Assembly (NCBI GenBank): GCA_965223265.1
Contig: OZ244999.1
Coordinates: 64,001-128,000, forward strand
DNA length: 64,000 nt
Direction: 5' to 3'
From: Planctomycetota bacterium
Lineage (GTDB): Bacteria > Planctomycetota > UBA8108 > SXIK01
Shown: positions 10,488 through 20,061 of the stretch, in pieces
Layout of the letters: each line of letters opens with the position of its first letter
How positions within the stretch are numbered: the first letter of the stretch is position 1
The notes under the pieces: generated by a model
Database searches by the model: none
Told to the model about the DNA's origin: nothing
Seen by the model: the letters and a program-made list of their open reading frames with translations, nothing else
Program-made: the position numbers and the translations under genes

Positions 10488-10571
10488 GGCTCTACACTCC
10501 ATGCCGTTGGTGTCTTCGAAGGTCGTCTGTCGCTGAACGAAGCCCCTGATGAAGACCGGAACCTTACCGGT

Positions 10572-10577
10572 TGTCAA
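10572..10577 (-). promoter_or_regulatory. Perfect TTGACA -35 hexamer about 85 bp upstream of tsf (putative promoter)
   Basis: TGTCAA on the + strand; no convincing -10 seen. Confidence 0.3.
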
Positions 10578-10815
10578 GAGAAGATTGCGCGCTGATTTGG
10601 CTCACAGAGGTGAGCCGAGGCCTTAGCCACTCGCGTTCGTCGTCTGTGGCTCCGCCGTGCGAGCCTGGTGTTCCGTAACTCCCTTCACGCGTGGGTCTCG
10701 GGGGCTTCCGCACCGTTTCTTCGGATCGGTGGTTCCGAAAAGTTGAGAGGAGTGGCAACGATTCGTCGGCGTCGTATTCTTCTCCAGCCGAACTTTAATC
10801 GCGCTACATCCGCGC

Positions 10816-12678
10816 GTGACGGTCTCTGTAGGCGAGAAGGCTAGGAGTCGATCCGTGTCGAAGCTCAATGAGTTGTGCGAGTCAGTTCTCGAAGCAGACA
10901 CTGCGTTGCCTGGGTCCTCTGCGGTCTCGGTCGCTCCTGAAAAGGAGTCACGCGACGACGACGGAGTGGATCGGGAGACGGCCGAGCAGAAGCCCGAGGC
11001 GGTCGAGGCGCCCTCCGTGCCCGCGACGGCAGAGGTGCCGCTGAGCTGGGATGAACTAAAGTCTGCGGCGACTCAACGGCTTGACGTCGATCGACGGAAC
11101 TCACCCTCTTCAGCCGGGCTTGGGATCTCGACATTCGTTCTCGCGGCGCTGCTTTCTTTTCTCGTCGGCATCGTTGTTCAGACGCACATTCGTCATGGAC
11201 TCTCGCCATCCGGTGTCGCCGCGCTCCTCACCTTCGGCGCCAGTCTCTTGACCTTCTTCTTTTGCCGCAGCTGGTTTCGTCAAGCTTGGGACGAGAGAAA
11301 CCAAATCATCGATGCTGCGGTGGATGAAGTCGTTCGCTCCGAACTTCACACGCAAGTCAAGACAACTGACGAGGCCTTTGCGACCGTCAGGGACGAGATC
11401 TACGCGAAACTGCGGGGGGAGGCCGACCAGCGTGAAGAGCAGCTGCAGGAAAAGAGTCTGCGCGAGCTCGAGAAGGTTCGAGTCTTCTTCGAGAGCCTGC
11501 TCGAGAAGCACGTCTTCCGTATCAACCGCGATCTGAGAGAGGCTGAGGCCGAGCTCGAGCGCCGGCGCTCCAAGGAGTCAGATGACCAAGAGGCGTCAGC
11601 GGCGTCGGAGAAGCGCTTGGTCGCTGAGAGAGATCAGTTGCGATCGCAACTTGAGGAGATCCGAGCGGAGCTCGACACCGCGAAGAGTGCGATCGCGGAA
11701 CGCGACGACAAGATCGATTCGATTCGCGTCGCGGCGGAGAGCGACAAAGCACGTCGGAGCGAAGAAGCCGCTGCTGTCGAAGCGGGTTTGGAGGAAGGGC
11801 TCGCCGCGGTTGAGTCTGAGATTCAGTCTCTCGAACGACAGCTCAGCGAGCGGCAGGAGCAGTGCGAGCGACTAGACTCCGAGGTCGAGCGATTGACGGC
11901 CGAAGCGGAGAGTGCTGCTGCAACGCACGTGAATTTTTTCGACAGTGTCTCCGCCAAACTCAACGCGCACCTTCACCTTGCCGAAAAATTGGCGGAAGAT
12001 CTGGACGCTGACGGCGAGAACGAGAGCGCCGCAGCCAGCGCCAAGGTGACGTCGGGCATGCGGGAGCAGTTGAAGAAACTTCGTCATTTGGTCCGTCAGG
12101 TGATTGACCTCGGCAGGCTCCAGTCGGGAGTCTGGAAACCGACGTTCAGTCCGGTCAAGGTCGACAAAATCGTCGACGAAGTCGTGGGCGAGCTCGCTCC
12201 ATCCGCGAAGAAAAAGGGCGTACGGGTCGAGCTCAAGGGATTTGAGGCACTTCCTGGCATACTCACCGATCGACGTTTGCTGACCCGTGCGTTGAGGGAG
12301 CTTATCGCCAACGCACTCGCCTATAGCGATCGACAAGGACGCGTCGTCGTCAGTTCCGAATTCGAACCGGGACCGGACGACGAGAGTGCGACCACCGGCG
12401 GCGATCTGCCGAAGCTCGTCAGCCAGGGGCGCCTGGCCATCTCGGTCGAGGACAACGGCAAGGGGATCGCTGCCGGAGACCTCGAGCGAGTGTTCGAGCC
12501 GTTCGAGCAAGGAGATCAACCACGTTTCTCACTTAGCGGAGCGGGTGCGGGCCTTGGTCTTGCACTCTCGCGGGGTTATGTTGAGCAGCTGGGTGGCGAG
12601 CTCCGTGCGGCGAGCGATAAGGGACGTGGTAGCGTCTTCTCGTTCGACTTCCCGATCGGCGATCGAGCGGACAGCTGA
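10816..12678 (+). CDS. Membrane-bound histidine-kinase-like protein (2 TM, long coiled coil, HATPase_c) with degenerate H-box
   Basis: N box LRELIANALAYS, G1 VEDNGKGI, F box FEPF, G2 GAGLGL; start uncertain. Confidence 0.8.
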   Translation: MTVSVGEKARSRSVSKLNELCESVLEADTALPGSSAVSVAPEKESRDDDGVDRETAEQKPEAVEAPSVPATAEVPLSWDELKSAATQRLDVDRRNSPSSAGLGISTFVLAALLSFLVGIVVQTHIRHGLSPSGVAALLTFGASLLTFFFCRSWFRQAWDERNQIIDAAVDEVVRSELHTQVKTTDEAFATVRDEIYAKLRGEADQREEQLQEKSLRELEKVRVFFESLLEKHVFRINRDLREAEAELERRRSKESDDQEASAASEKRLVAERDQLRSQLEEIRAELDTAKSAIAERDDKIDSIRVAAESDKARRSEEAAAVEAGLEEGLAAVESEIQSLERQLSERQEQCERLDSEVERLTAEAESAAATHVNFFDSVSAKLNAHLHLAEKLAEDLDADGENESAAASAKVTSGMREQLKKLRHLVRQVIDLGRLQSGVWKPTFSPVKVDKIVDEVVGELAPSAKKKGVRVELKGFEALPGILTDRRLLTRALRELIANALAYSDRQGRVVVSSEFEPGPDDESATTGGDLPKLVSQGRLAISVEDNGKGIAAGDLERVFEPFEQGDQPRFSLSGAGAGLGLALSRGYVEQLGGELRAASDKGRGSVFSFDFPIGDRADS

Positions 12679-12696
12679 AACGCGCCGTAGCTCGTG

Positions 12697-12763
12697 CCCC
12701 ACGGCTGCGAAAAAAAGTGGCGAGTCGACAGTTTGATTCCGTCACTCCTTGCAGGCGTTGGGG
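12697..12763. repeat. REP/MITE-like palindrome, family CCCAACGCCTGCAA...TTGCAGGCGTTGGG, copy A
   Basis: Arms CCCCACGGCTGCGAAAAAAAGTGGCG / CGTCACTCCTTGCAGGCGTTGGGG; shares AAAAAGTGGCGAGTCGA with copy B. Confidence 0.75.
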
Positions 12764-12845
12764 TTGACGTCTCGACACCCTTTTGGGATCGCATCTGACG
12801 CGATCGTCGTACTCCCAGAAGTCGTATTGCCATGGGTGTTGGGTG

Positions 12846-13157
12846 ATGTCGAAACCACCGGAATTCTATTTGCGCGCCAAGGATTCTCAGCCAGAGCTCT
12901 TCGAAACCTATGAGGCGCTTGCCGAGGCGGCGCGGCGCGCTGGACCGCTCGACGAGAAGAGTGCAGCGCTTGTGAAGCTCGCAGTGAGCGTCGGTGCGGG
13001 ACTTGAGGGGGCGACTCACTCAAGCGTCAGGAAAGCGCTGAAGGCTGGCTGCTCGGCCGAGGAGCTGCATCACGTCGTGTTCCTCTGCGTCACCACGCTC
13101 GGCTTCCCGGGGATGATGCGCGCGCGCGCCTGGGTGCAGGACGTGCTCGAGGATTGA
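12846..13157 (+). CDS. Carboxymuconolactone decarboxylase (CMD/AhpD-like) family protein
   Basis: GPLDEKSAALVKLAV...ALKAGCSAEEL...TTLGFP. Confidence 0.85.
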   Translation: MSKPPEFYLRAKDSQPELFETYEALAEAARRAGPLDEKSAALVKLAVSVGAGLEGATHSSVRKALKAGCSAEELHHVVFLCVTTLGFPGMMRARAWVQDVLED

Positions 13158-13176
13158 GCTCGTCGTGCGGAAGGTC

Positions 13177-13791
13177 TCAGATGACTCCGAGAGCACCGAG
13201 GCGCGCGACGATTTCGTCGGACGTGCCATAGCCAGCGGTGAGCCACGAGTGCTCGTCGCCGTTTTGTAAGAGCAGGCTCGGGAACCCGGTCACTCGCAAC
13301 TTACGTCGCAGAGCGAAATCGCTCAGCAGGAGTTCCTCGACGCGATCTGAACGGAGGTCTGCGGCGAAACACTCTGTGTCCAGTTCGATCTCACCCGCGA
13401 GCTCGACGAGCGTCGAGTCGTTGGACGGATTGCGCGCCTCCAAGTAGTACGCCCGTTGAATGGCTTCGAACATCGCGGGTCCGCCCTGCGTGGGGGTCTG
13501 TTTTTCGGCGGCGATCACCGCCCGGCATGCCGGATAGGTGGAGCGACGGGGTTGACACTCGGTCCAGAAGTCGAAGTTGAACTCAGTTCCAGTGCGCTCG
13601 GAGATGGTTCGCCAGTAACCTTGGATTTGACGCTGCTGCGCAGCCGGCATCGGCTCCAGCGTGTCCGGCGCCAAACCCCCCATGACGTAGCGTACGGGCG
13701 TGTCGGGAAGTCGAACACGCACTTCGACGAGGTGGACGTGAAACGCCCAGCACCACGAGCACATTGGGTCGCCCACGTAGATGAGTTCCAT
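13177..13791 (-). CDS. DsbA family (FrnE-like) thioredoxin-fold protein
   Basis: YVGDPMCSWCW and GFPSL. Confidence 0.88.
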   Translation of the reverse strand: MELIYVGDPMCSWCWAFHVHLVEVRVRLPDTPVRYVMGGLAPDTLEPMPAAQQRQIQGYWRTISERTGTEFNFDFWTECQPRRSTYPACRAVIAAEKQTPTQGGPAMFEAIQRAYYLEARNPSNDSTLVELAGEIELDTECFAADLRSDRVEELLLSDFALRRKLRVTGFPSLLLQNGDEHSWLTAGYGTSDEIVARLGALGVI

Positions 13792-14056
13792 ATTCGGTGC
13801 TGCGTCAGGTGGAGAGGGTGTTTTCGTTCGCTGCCAAACTCGAGGTTAAGACTCGCGGCGCTGACGGTAGTCTACGACGGAGCCCGGCAGCAACGCCAGC
13901 GGGACTGTCGATGTGTCCTTCATTTCGATCGCCTTGGCGTTCACCAGACACTTGCAATTCTCGACGTGCACTGCTCCCATCGACGTGCCGTTACGCGACG
14001 CTTCTGAAGCATGACCTCTACAGACCGCGGAACGATCTCCGCGTAGGTACGGACCG

Positions 14057-16720
14057 TTGCGACCTGAAGGATCTGCGGAGTTTGGAGTCTCAGTCGCGCT
14101 GCCGCAAACGAGCGGTGGCGTGACGATCTCACGAGCGACACCCAAGCGTCTCGACTCGCGGCCGATTCCGCGAGCGCTGCGCCGTACGAGGAGTGTGCAT
14201 CGACGGCGTGGCGCCGGGCTTTGCGTTGTCGCTGCGGCTCTGATCGTCGCGGCGGGGGACGCGGCGTATCCTGATTCTCCCGTCGCCTCGGAGCTGCGTG
14301 AGCGAGCGGTCGCAGTGATCCGTGGCGTCGCGGCGGAGGAAGTAGAATCGGCTCGGCGACAGTCACCTGACTCACTTGCTGACAATGCCGCGCCGCCGGC
14401 TACATATGCGGCGCTCGAAACTCTGATCCGACTGGAGTATGTGCAGGAGTCGCCGAAAGACCTGCCGTCGAAAACACCGTGGCACGAGGTGGCTGCGGCG
14501 CGCGTGGACCACTTGACTAGCTACAGTCGCATCGCGCGCGCCGAGTCTGTTGAGCGTCTGGTTTCGCATCTTGTCGACGGTGCCGACGGATCCCATCGCG
14601 TCGCCGCGGCTCGCGCGTTGAGCGAGCTCCAGGTTGCGCTTGCGGGAGGTGGCGAGCCCTTGACACGCGTTACGGCGCTACTGGACGCCGACACGGCTTC
14701 GCAAGAAGCGTCGTCACGACTCGACGTCTACTTGAGTTGGATTCTCGCCAACTCGAGCGATGAGCAGGCAGCCGCCCGCGGTCAGGAACTGCTGGTCGCC
14801 GCTCTGGAGCAAGAAGGTGCTGTTCGGTCGCATGCGGCACTCGCGCTCCTGTCGCTCGGGACTGCCGCTCCAGGTGCTGCGGCGACGCTTCGTTCTGTCC
14901 TCGCGCGCCAGCCGGAGACCTCCCCGCAGTACGATGCGGTGCTCGCCGCCGCGGTCGTGCTCGGCATCGATCCGTCTGCGAGTGAGCTCCTGCGGCGCCG
15001 TTTGACCTCAAGTGCGCCGGGTGTTCGACGCGGTTATCTATGCAGGGCGCTCAGTCTAGTCGGGAGCGCAGCCGATCTCGATCTCCTGACGCCTTTGCTT
15101 GACGATTCCAGCGCCGAGGTGCGGCTGAGCGCCGCGAACGCCATCTTGCGCATTGGTCGGCGAGCGCCGCACCGACTCTTTCCCATCGATTGGGCCGTTA
15201 TTTCGGTCTACGCGCTCGTCATGCTGCTGATTGGTTGGTATTACTCACGCCGCACGCGAACCCGCGAAGATTACCTGCTTGGCGGTCGCAACATGCGCCC
15301 CTGGCGCTTGGGGATGTCCCTCTTCGCCAGCCTCCTGAGCACGATTTCATTTCTCGGGTGGCCTGGCGAGATGATCCGTCACGGGCCGATGTACCTGGGA
15401 GCACTCATCACTTACCCGCTGACGTTCTTCGTGGCCGGTTGGTTTCTGATCCCGTTCATCATGCGGCTGCGAGTGACGAGCGCCTACGAGATCCTCGAGG
15501 GCAGGTTAGGCCTTTCGGTGCGCATGCTCGGGTCGTTTTTCTTTCTCGCCATGCGCGTGATCTGGATGTCGGTGATCATCTTCACGACGACGACAAAAGT
15601 CCTCGTCCCGATCGCCGGGATCGATCCAGCCTACTCGAATTGGATTTGCGTTGGTCTCGGATTCCTCACTGTGGCGTACACGTCACTCGGTGGACTTCGA
15701 GCGGTTGTGCTCACGGATGTGATTCAGACGTTCATCCTTCTCAGTGCTGCGGTGTTGACGATCGTCCTGATCACGGTCGAGTTGGGCGGGGTCGGCGCAT
15801 GGTGGCCGCGCGAGTGGGCGGCCCATTGGTCGAAACCGACGCTCGGATATGACTCCGAGCACGATCGTTCCGTGTTGGGATTCATTCTGGCAACATTCAC
15901 TTGGTACATCTGCACGTCCGGATCAGACCAAATGGCGATTCAGAGATACCTGGCGACCCGTGACGCTAAGACGGCGCGGCGTGTTCTCGGCGTGTCGCTG
16001 TTTTCTGATAGCACAGTCAATGTGCTGATGGCTCTCACCGGCATGAGTCTGCTCGCTTATTTTCAATCGCACCCCCACATGGTGGAGGACGGACAGCGGA
16101 TCATCTCCAACCCTGATCGCCTGTTTCCTCAATTCATCACCTTCGGTCTACCAATCGGCGTCAGCGGACTCGTGATCGCCGGTCTCTTGGCCGCGGCGAT
16201 GTCGAGTCTTTCGTCGGGAGTCAATTCGTCCTGCTCCGTGATCACAGTCGACTTCCTGACACGATTCCGCGGTACGTCAACGAGAGCAACCAGCGCGAGT
16301 CCAACCGACGGCCAACAAGCGCGCGAAGCGAGAATCGTTTCGCTTCTCATTGGCGTCGTGATTGTCTTTCTGAGTATGGCTGTTGGACGGATCGAGGGAA
16401 ACCTGATGGAGATTGCCTACAAGACGGTGAATCTGCTGACAGCGCCCCTCTTCGGACTTTTTTTCTTCGCGATGTTTGTACCGCGCGCTAACGCGGTTGG
16501 GGTATTCATCGGTACAGCGGTAGGTTTCGCGACGATCGTCGTGATGAACTACACACGTTGGCTACCAATGAGCTTTCTATGGGGGATGCCGGTCGGCCTT
16601 TCGGTGCAGGTCCTCGTCGGTACGATCGCCAGTTGGTTGGTGTCGACTTGCAGCGGCGGCGCGGGTTCTATAGCTTCCCGTGATGCGACTGACGAAACGG
16701 ATTCCACGGAGACTGCCTGA
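14057..16720 (+). CDS. Sodium:solute symporter with N-terminal HEAT-repeat extension
   Basis: EDYLLGGRNM, SLFASLLSTISF, GGLRAVVLTDVIQ, AAAMSSLSSGVNS; HEAT-like LLDDSSAEVRLSAANAI; true start probably downstream of 14057. Confidence 0.85.
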   Translation: MRPEGSAEFGVSVALPQTSGGVTISRATPKRLDSRPIPRALRRTRSVHRRRGAGLCVVAAALIVAAGDAAYPDSPVASELRERAVAVIRGVAAEEVESARRQSPDSLADNAAPPATYAALETLIRLEYVQESPKDLPSKTPWHEVAAARVDHLTSYSRIARAESVERLVSHLVDGADGSHRVAAARALSELQVALAGGGEPLTRVTALLDADTASQEASSRLDVYLSWILANSSDEQAAARGQELLVAALEQEGAVRSHAALALLSLGTAAPGAAATLRSVLARQPETSPQYDAVLAAAVVLGIDPSASELLRRRLTSSAPGVRRGYLCRALSLVGSAADLDLLTPLLDDSSAEVRLSAANAILRIGRRAPHRLFPIDWAVISVYALVMLLIGWYYSRRTRTREDYLLGGRNMRPWRLGMSLFASLLSTISFLGWPGEMIRHGPMYLGALITYPLTFFVAGWFLIPFIMRLRVTSAYEILEGRLGLSVRMLGSFFFLAMRVIWMSVIIFTTTTKVLVPIAGIDPAYSNWICVGLGFLTVAYTSLGGLRAVVLTDVIQTFILLSAAVLTIVLITVELGGVGAWWPREWAAHWSKPTLGYDSEHDRSVLGFILATFTWYICTSGSDQMAIQRYLATRDAKTARRVLGVSLFSDSTVNVLMALTGMSLLAYFQSHPHMVEDGQRIISNPDRLFPQFITFGLPIGVSGLVIAGLLAAAMSSLSSGVNSSCSVITVDFLTRFRGTSTRATSASPTDGQQAREARIVSLLIGVVIVFLSMAVGRIEGNLMEIAYKTVNLLTAPLFGLFFFAMFVPRANAVGVFIGTAVGFATIVVMNYTRWLPMSFLWGMPVGLSVQVLVGTIASWLVSTCSGGAGSIASRDATDETDSTETA

Positions 16721-16845
16721 TGCTGCGACGCCTACCCTTACCTTTGAACGACTAGCTGACGAAGAGCGACTTGATGAAGAGCTACATGACCGCGACGCGA
16801 TCTTCCCCGCTAGAGACCATCCCGAATTTGAGAGGTTGAGACTTC

Positions 16846-18216
16846 ATGGGCACCGCACCGCTTGAATCCGAGTCGAGTCGTTGCCAGCTTCTTTACGAGC
16901 AGGCCAAGTCGATACTCCCGGGAGGTACGCAGCTCTTCAGCAAGAGGCCGGAACTGTTTGCTCCCGGCAAATGGCCGGCGTATTTTCGTAGTGCCAACGG
17001 CTGCGAGATCACCGATATCGATGGGCGTCGTTACGTCGACATGTCGATCAGCGGTATCGGTTCCTGCCTCCTCGGTTACGCCGACCCCGACGTCACGGCA
17101 GCAGTCGTCGAGCGTGTGCAGAGTGGGTCGATGTGTACGCTCAACAGCCCGGAGGAGGTGGAGCTCGCGCAGCTCTTGATCGAGATCCATCCTTGGGCCG
17201 AGCAAGTTCGCTACGCGCGTGCTGGCGGCGAGATCATGTCTGTCGCAACGCGGATCGCTCGCGCGCACACCGGGCGCGATTTGGTCGCCTTGTGCGGCTA
17301 TCACGGATGGCATGACTGGTATCTGGCGGCGAACGTGTCACCTGCGGACGTTGAGAGAGGAACATCTCAAGGTAAGGCGAGGGCTCTGGACGAACACTTG
17401 CTGCCGGGGCTGGCGCCGCTTGGCGTACCATCGCAGCTGGCAGGCACCGTCTTTCCGTTCAAGTACAACGCTCTCGAGGAACTTGAGGAGATCGCCTCTC
17501 GTCACGGCTCTCAAATCGCGGCTGTGATCATGGAGTCGACCCGGGCGACCCCACCTGCGAGCGGTTTTCTCGAAGGCGTTCGAGAGATTTGCGACCGTAT
17601 CGGGGCTGTGCTCATCTTCGACGAGATCACCGTCGGGTGGCGTCTGACACTCGGCGGTGCGCATCTGCTCTACGGAGTCGAACCCGACATGGCCGCGTTC
17701 GCTAAGTCCTTCAGCAACGGCCATGCGATGGCTGCCGTGATTGGCAAACGGCGTGTGATGGACTGCGCGCAAGATTCGTTCATCTCGAGCACCTACTGGA
17801 CAGAGAGCGTCGGCCCGACTGCGGCACTTGCGACGCTGCGCAAGATGCAGCGCATCGATGTGCCGACCCACGTCGCTCGTATCGGCAACTTGTTCCGCGA
17901 AGGGTTTGCCGCTGCCAGCGAGAGACGCGGCGTGCCGATCACATTTTCTGGCTATCCCGCGATCACCTCCTTCGCTTTTGAGGCGGACGACCCCTTGGCG
18001 CTGCTCACGCTCTTTACGGTGCGCATGCTCGAGCGTGGTTTTCTCGCCGGAGGTTCTCTCTTCGCGACCCTCGCCCACCAGGACTCGCACGTGAACTCGT
18101 ATCTCGCCGCAGCTGACGAAGTGCTGGTGGAGATCAAGGAGGCGATCGACGCAGGGGATGCGCGCACGCGTCTCGAGGGCGGCGTGCGCCGACCGCACTT
18201 CGGTCGGCTGACTTGA
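16846..18216 (+). CDS. Class III PLP aminotransferase (GSA-aminomutase-like)
   Basis: DIDGRRYVD, GYHGWHD, LIFDEITVGWR, FAKSFSNG, SSTY. Confidence 0.85.
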   Translation: MGTAPLESESSRCQLLYEQAKSILPGGTQLFSKRPELFAPGKWPAYFRSANGCEITDIDGRRYVDMSISGIGSCLLGYADPDVTAAVVERVQSGSMCTLNSPEEVELAQLLIEIHPWAEQVRYARAGGEIMSVATRIARAHTGRDLVALCGYHGWHDWYLAANVSPADVERGTSQGKARALDEHLLPGLAPLGVPSQLAGTVFPFKYNALEELEEIASRHGSQIAAVIMESTRATPPASGFLEGVREICDRIGAVLIFDEITVGWRLTLGGAHLLYGVEPDMAAFAKSFSNGHAMAAVIGKRRVMDCAQDSFISSTYWTESVGPTAALATLRKMQRIDVPTHVARIGNLFREGFAAASERRGVPITFSGYPAITSFAFEADDPLALLTLFTVRMLERGFLAGGSLFATLAHQDSHVNSYLAAADEVLVEIKEAIDAGDARTRLEGGVRRPHFGRLT

Positions 18217-18467
18217 CGGATACAGCCATGGAGCGGCCGTGACCATGACGAGGCTCGGCCGTTCCGTTTCGATCACGGCTCATGTCTGCAAAGAAGGACG
18301 CGGGCGCAGTCTCCGCGAGGGAGTTCGTGAACGCCCGACGCCCGTACCCGCTCCTCAGCCGTCGTCGAATCGTCTCCGTGTGCGTGGGGACCGAGGCGTG
18401 CTGTAGCGCCACGTCACGGGCGGATTCGACGCTCGAACGAGTACGGGCATGAGCGCGCAGGCGTTCG

Positions 18468-19973
18468 CTACAAAGGTCGTACGATCGACTTTGGCCGCAA
18501 ATAATCGTAGTACGTCTCGGGGCTGTTGACGCCGCCGCCGAGACCGCTCAGGTTGACGCCGCCGTAGGGGACACCCAACGGGAACAAATTGTGGGCATTG
18601 ATCCAGCTGTTGCCAGCAACGAGCTCCTCAGCGATGCGATCAGCACGCGAGAGGTTTTGCGTCCAGACGCTGTTGGCTAGTCCGTACTGCGAGCGGTTGA
18701 CCAGCTCGATGGCCTCGTCGTCGCTCTTGAATGGCATGACGTAGCTCACCGGACCAAAGATCTCCTCGCGGCAGGCGACATTTTCCGGTGAACCTGCGAG
18801 CATCGCCGGCTTGACATAGAAACCGCCTTTGAGGTCCTTCACGTCAGCCGGTCCGCCCTCGAGTACGAACTCTGCGCCTTCTTTGACGCCACGGTCTAGA
18901 TACGAAAGGACGCGGTCTCGCTGCTTGGCGCTGACGACCGGCCCCATTTGCACCGAATCATGCATCTCGTGGCCGACGTGAAGCTCATCTAACACACGGC
19001 GCGAACAGTCGAGAAACCGATCGTAAATGCTCTCGTGCACGAGCCAGCGCGTCGCCGTGCAGCAAACTTGGCCGGTGTGGAAGGTGACGGCGCCAGCGAG
19101 TTTCTGCGCTGTCTCCTCGACGTCGACGTCTTCGCAAACGACGGCGGCACCCTTGCCTCCCAACTCGAGTTTGACTGGAACCAAGTTCTCTCCGGCATGC
19201 TTACCCACCAGACGTCCGACTTCGGGCGAGCCCGTGAACGACATACGCTTGAACCCTGGGTGTTCTGCAACCGCGGCACCTGCGACTTCGCCAACGCCGG
19301 TGACGACGTTGATGACGCCGTCGGGGATGCCGGCTTCCTTCGCGAGGCGACAGAGATAGAGCGTGGACAGTGGTGTGTCCTCCGCTGGCTTGATCACCAC
19401 AGTGTTGCCAGCGGCGAGCGCCGGGCTAACGCCCCAACCGACCAAGAGGAACGGAAAGTTCCACGGAAAGATGAAACCGCATGGACCGTATGGCGACAGA
19501 CTGCTCGAAGCCTCGTGTCCTGCGACCGCAAGGGGCGTGCGCCGCTGGATGTGGAGCGCCATGTCTGTGAAGTATCGCAGTGCGTTGACGAACACTTGGA
19601 TATCGCCCGCAGCTTGAGCTTCGATCTTGCCGCAATCGAGCGACTCGATTTGCGCCAAGACCGCGGCGTTCTTCTCCACCAGATCAGCGAGTCGATGGAG
19701 CAGCGCACCACGCTCCTGAGGCGTCATCGTCGCCCAACCAGTGCTACGAAACGCAGTCGTGGCGGCGTCCACTGCTTGGTTGACGTCGACGCGATTCCCC
19801 GCCGTCACTTCCGTCAGGACTTCGCCCGAGCCGGGGTCTGCGGTTGTGAAGGTTTGCCCAGAGTCGCCTTCGACCCAGTCGCCGTTGATGAACAGACGTT
19901 GTGGACCGGATGTCAAAAACTGCTCGACTTGCGGGAGGAGGGACACGCCAGGAGCGATCTGTAGGGTCGCCAT
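18468..19973 (-). CDS. NAD-dependent aldehyde dehydrogenase
   Basis: PWNFP, FTGS, LELGGK, GQVC, EEIFGPV. Confidence 0.93.
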   Translation of the reverse strand: MATLQIAPGVSLLPQVEQFLTSGPQRLFINGDWVEGDSGQTFTTADPGSGEVLTEVTAGNRVDVNQAVDAATTAFRSTGWATMTPQERGALLHRLADLVEKNAAVLAQIESLDCGKIEAQAAGDIQVFVNALRYFTDMALHIQRRTPLAVAGHEASSSLSPYGPCGFIFPWNFPFLLVGWGVSPALAAGNTVVIKPAEDTPLSTLYLCRLAKEAGIPDGVINVVTGVGEVAGAAVAEHPGFKRMSFTGSPEVGRLVGKHAGENLVPVKLELGGKGAAVVCEDVDVEETAQKLAGAVTFHTGQVCCTATRWLVHESIYDRFLDCSRRVLDELHVGHEMHDSVQMGPVVSAKQRDRVLSYLDRGVKEGAEFVLEGGPADVKDLKGGFYVKPAMLAGSPENVACREEIFGPVSYVMPFKSDDEAIELVNRSQYGLANSVWTQNLSRADRIAEELVAGNSWINAHNLFPLGVPYGGVNLSGLGGGVNSPETYYDYLRPKSIVRPL

Positions 19974-20061
19974 GTCAAAACCTCGTCAGTTGATTACTGA
20001 TCTGTGGAGGGAAAACTGCCGCCCATCTTTTCAACAAGAGCGATCGTTGCCAACACTTTTT

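Noticed and set aside
16846-18216. hemL assignment
   Set aside because: It lacks the PGGVNSPVR signature and any tetrapyrrole gene context.
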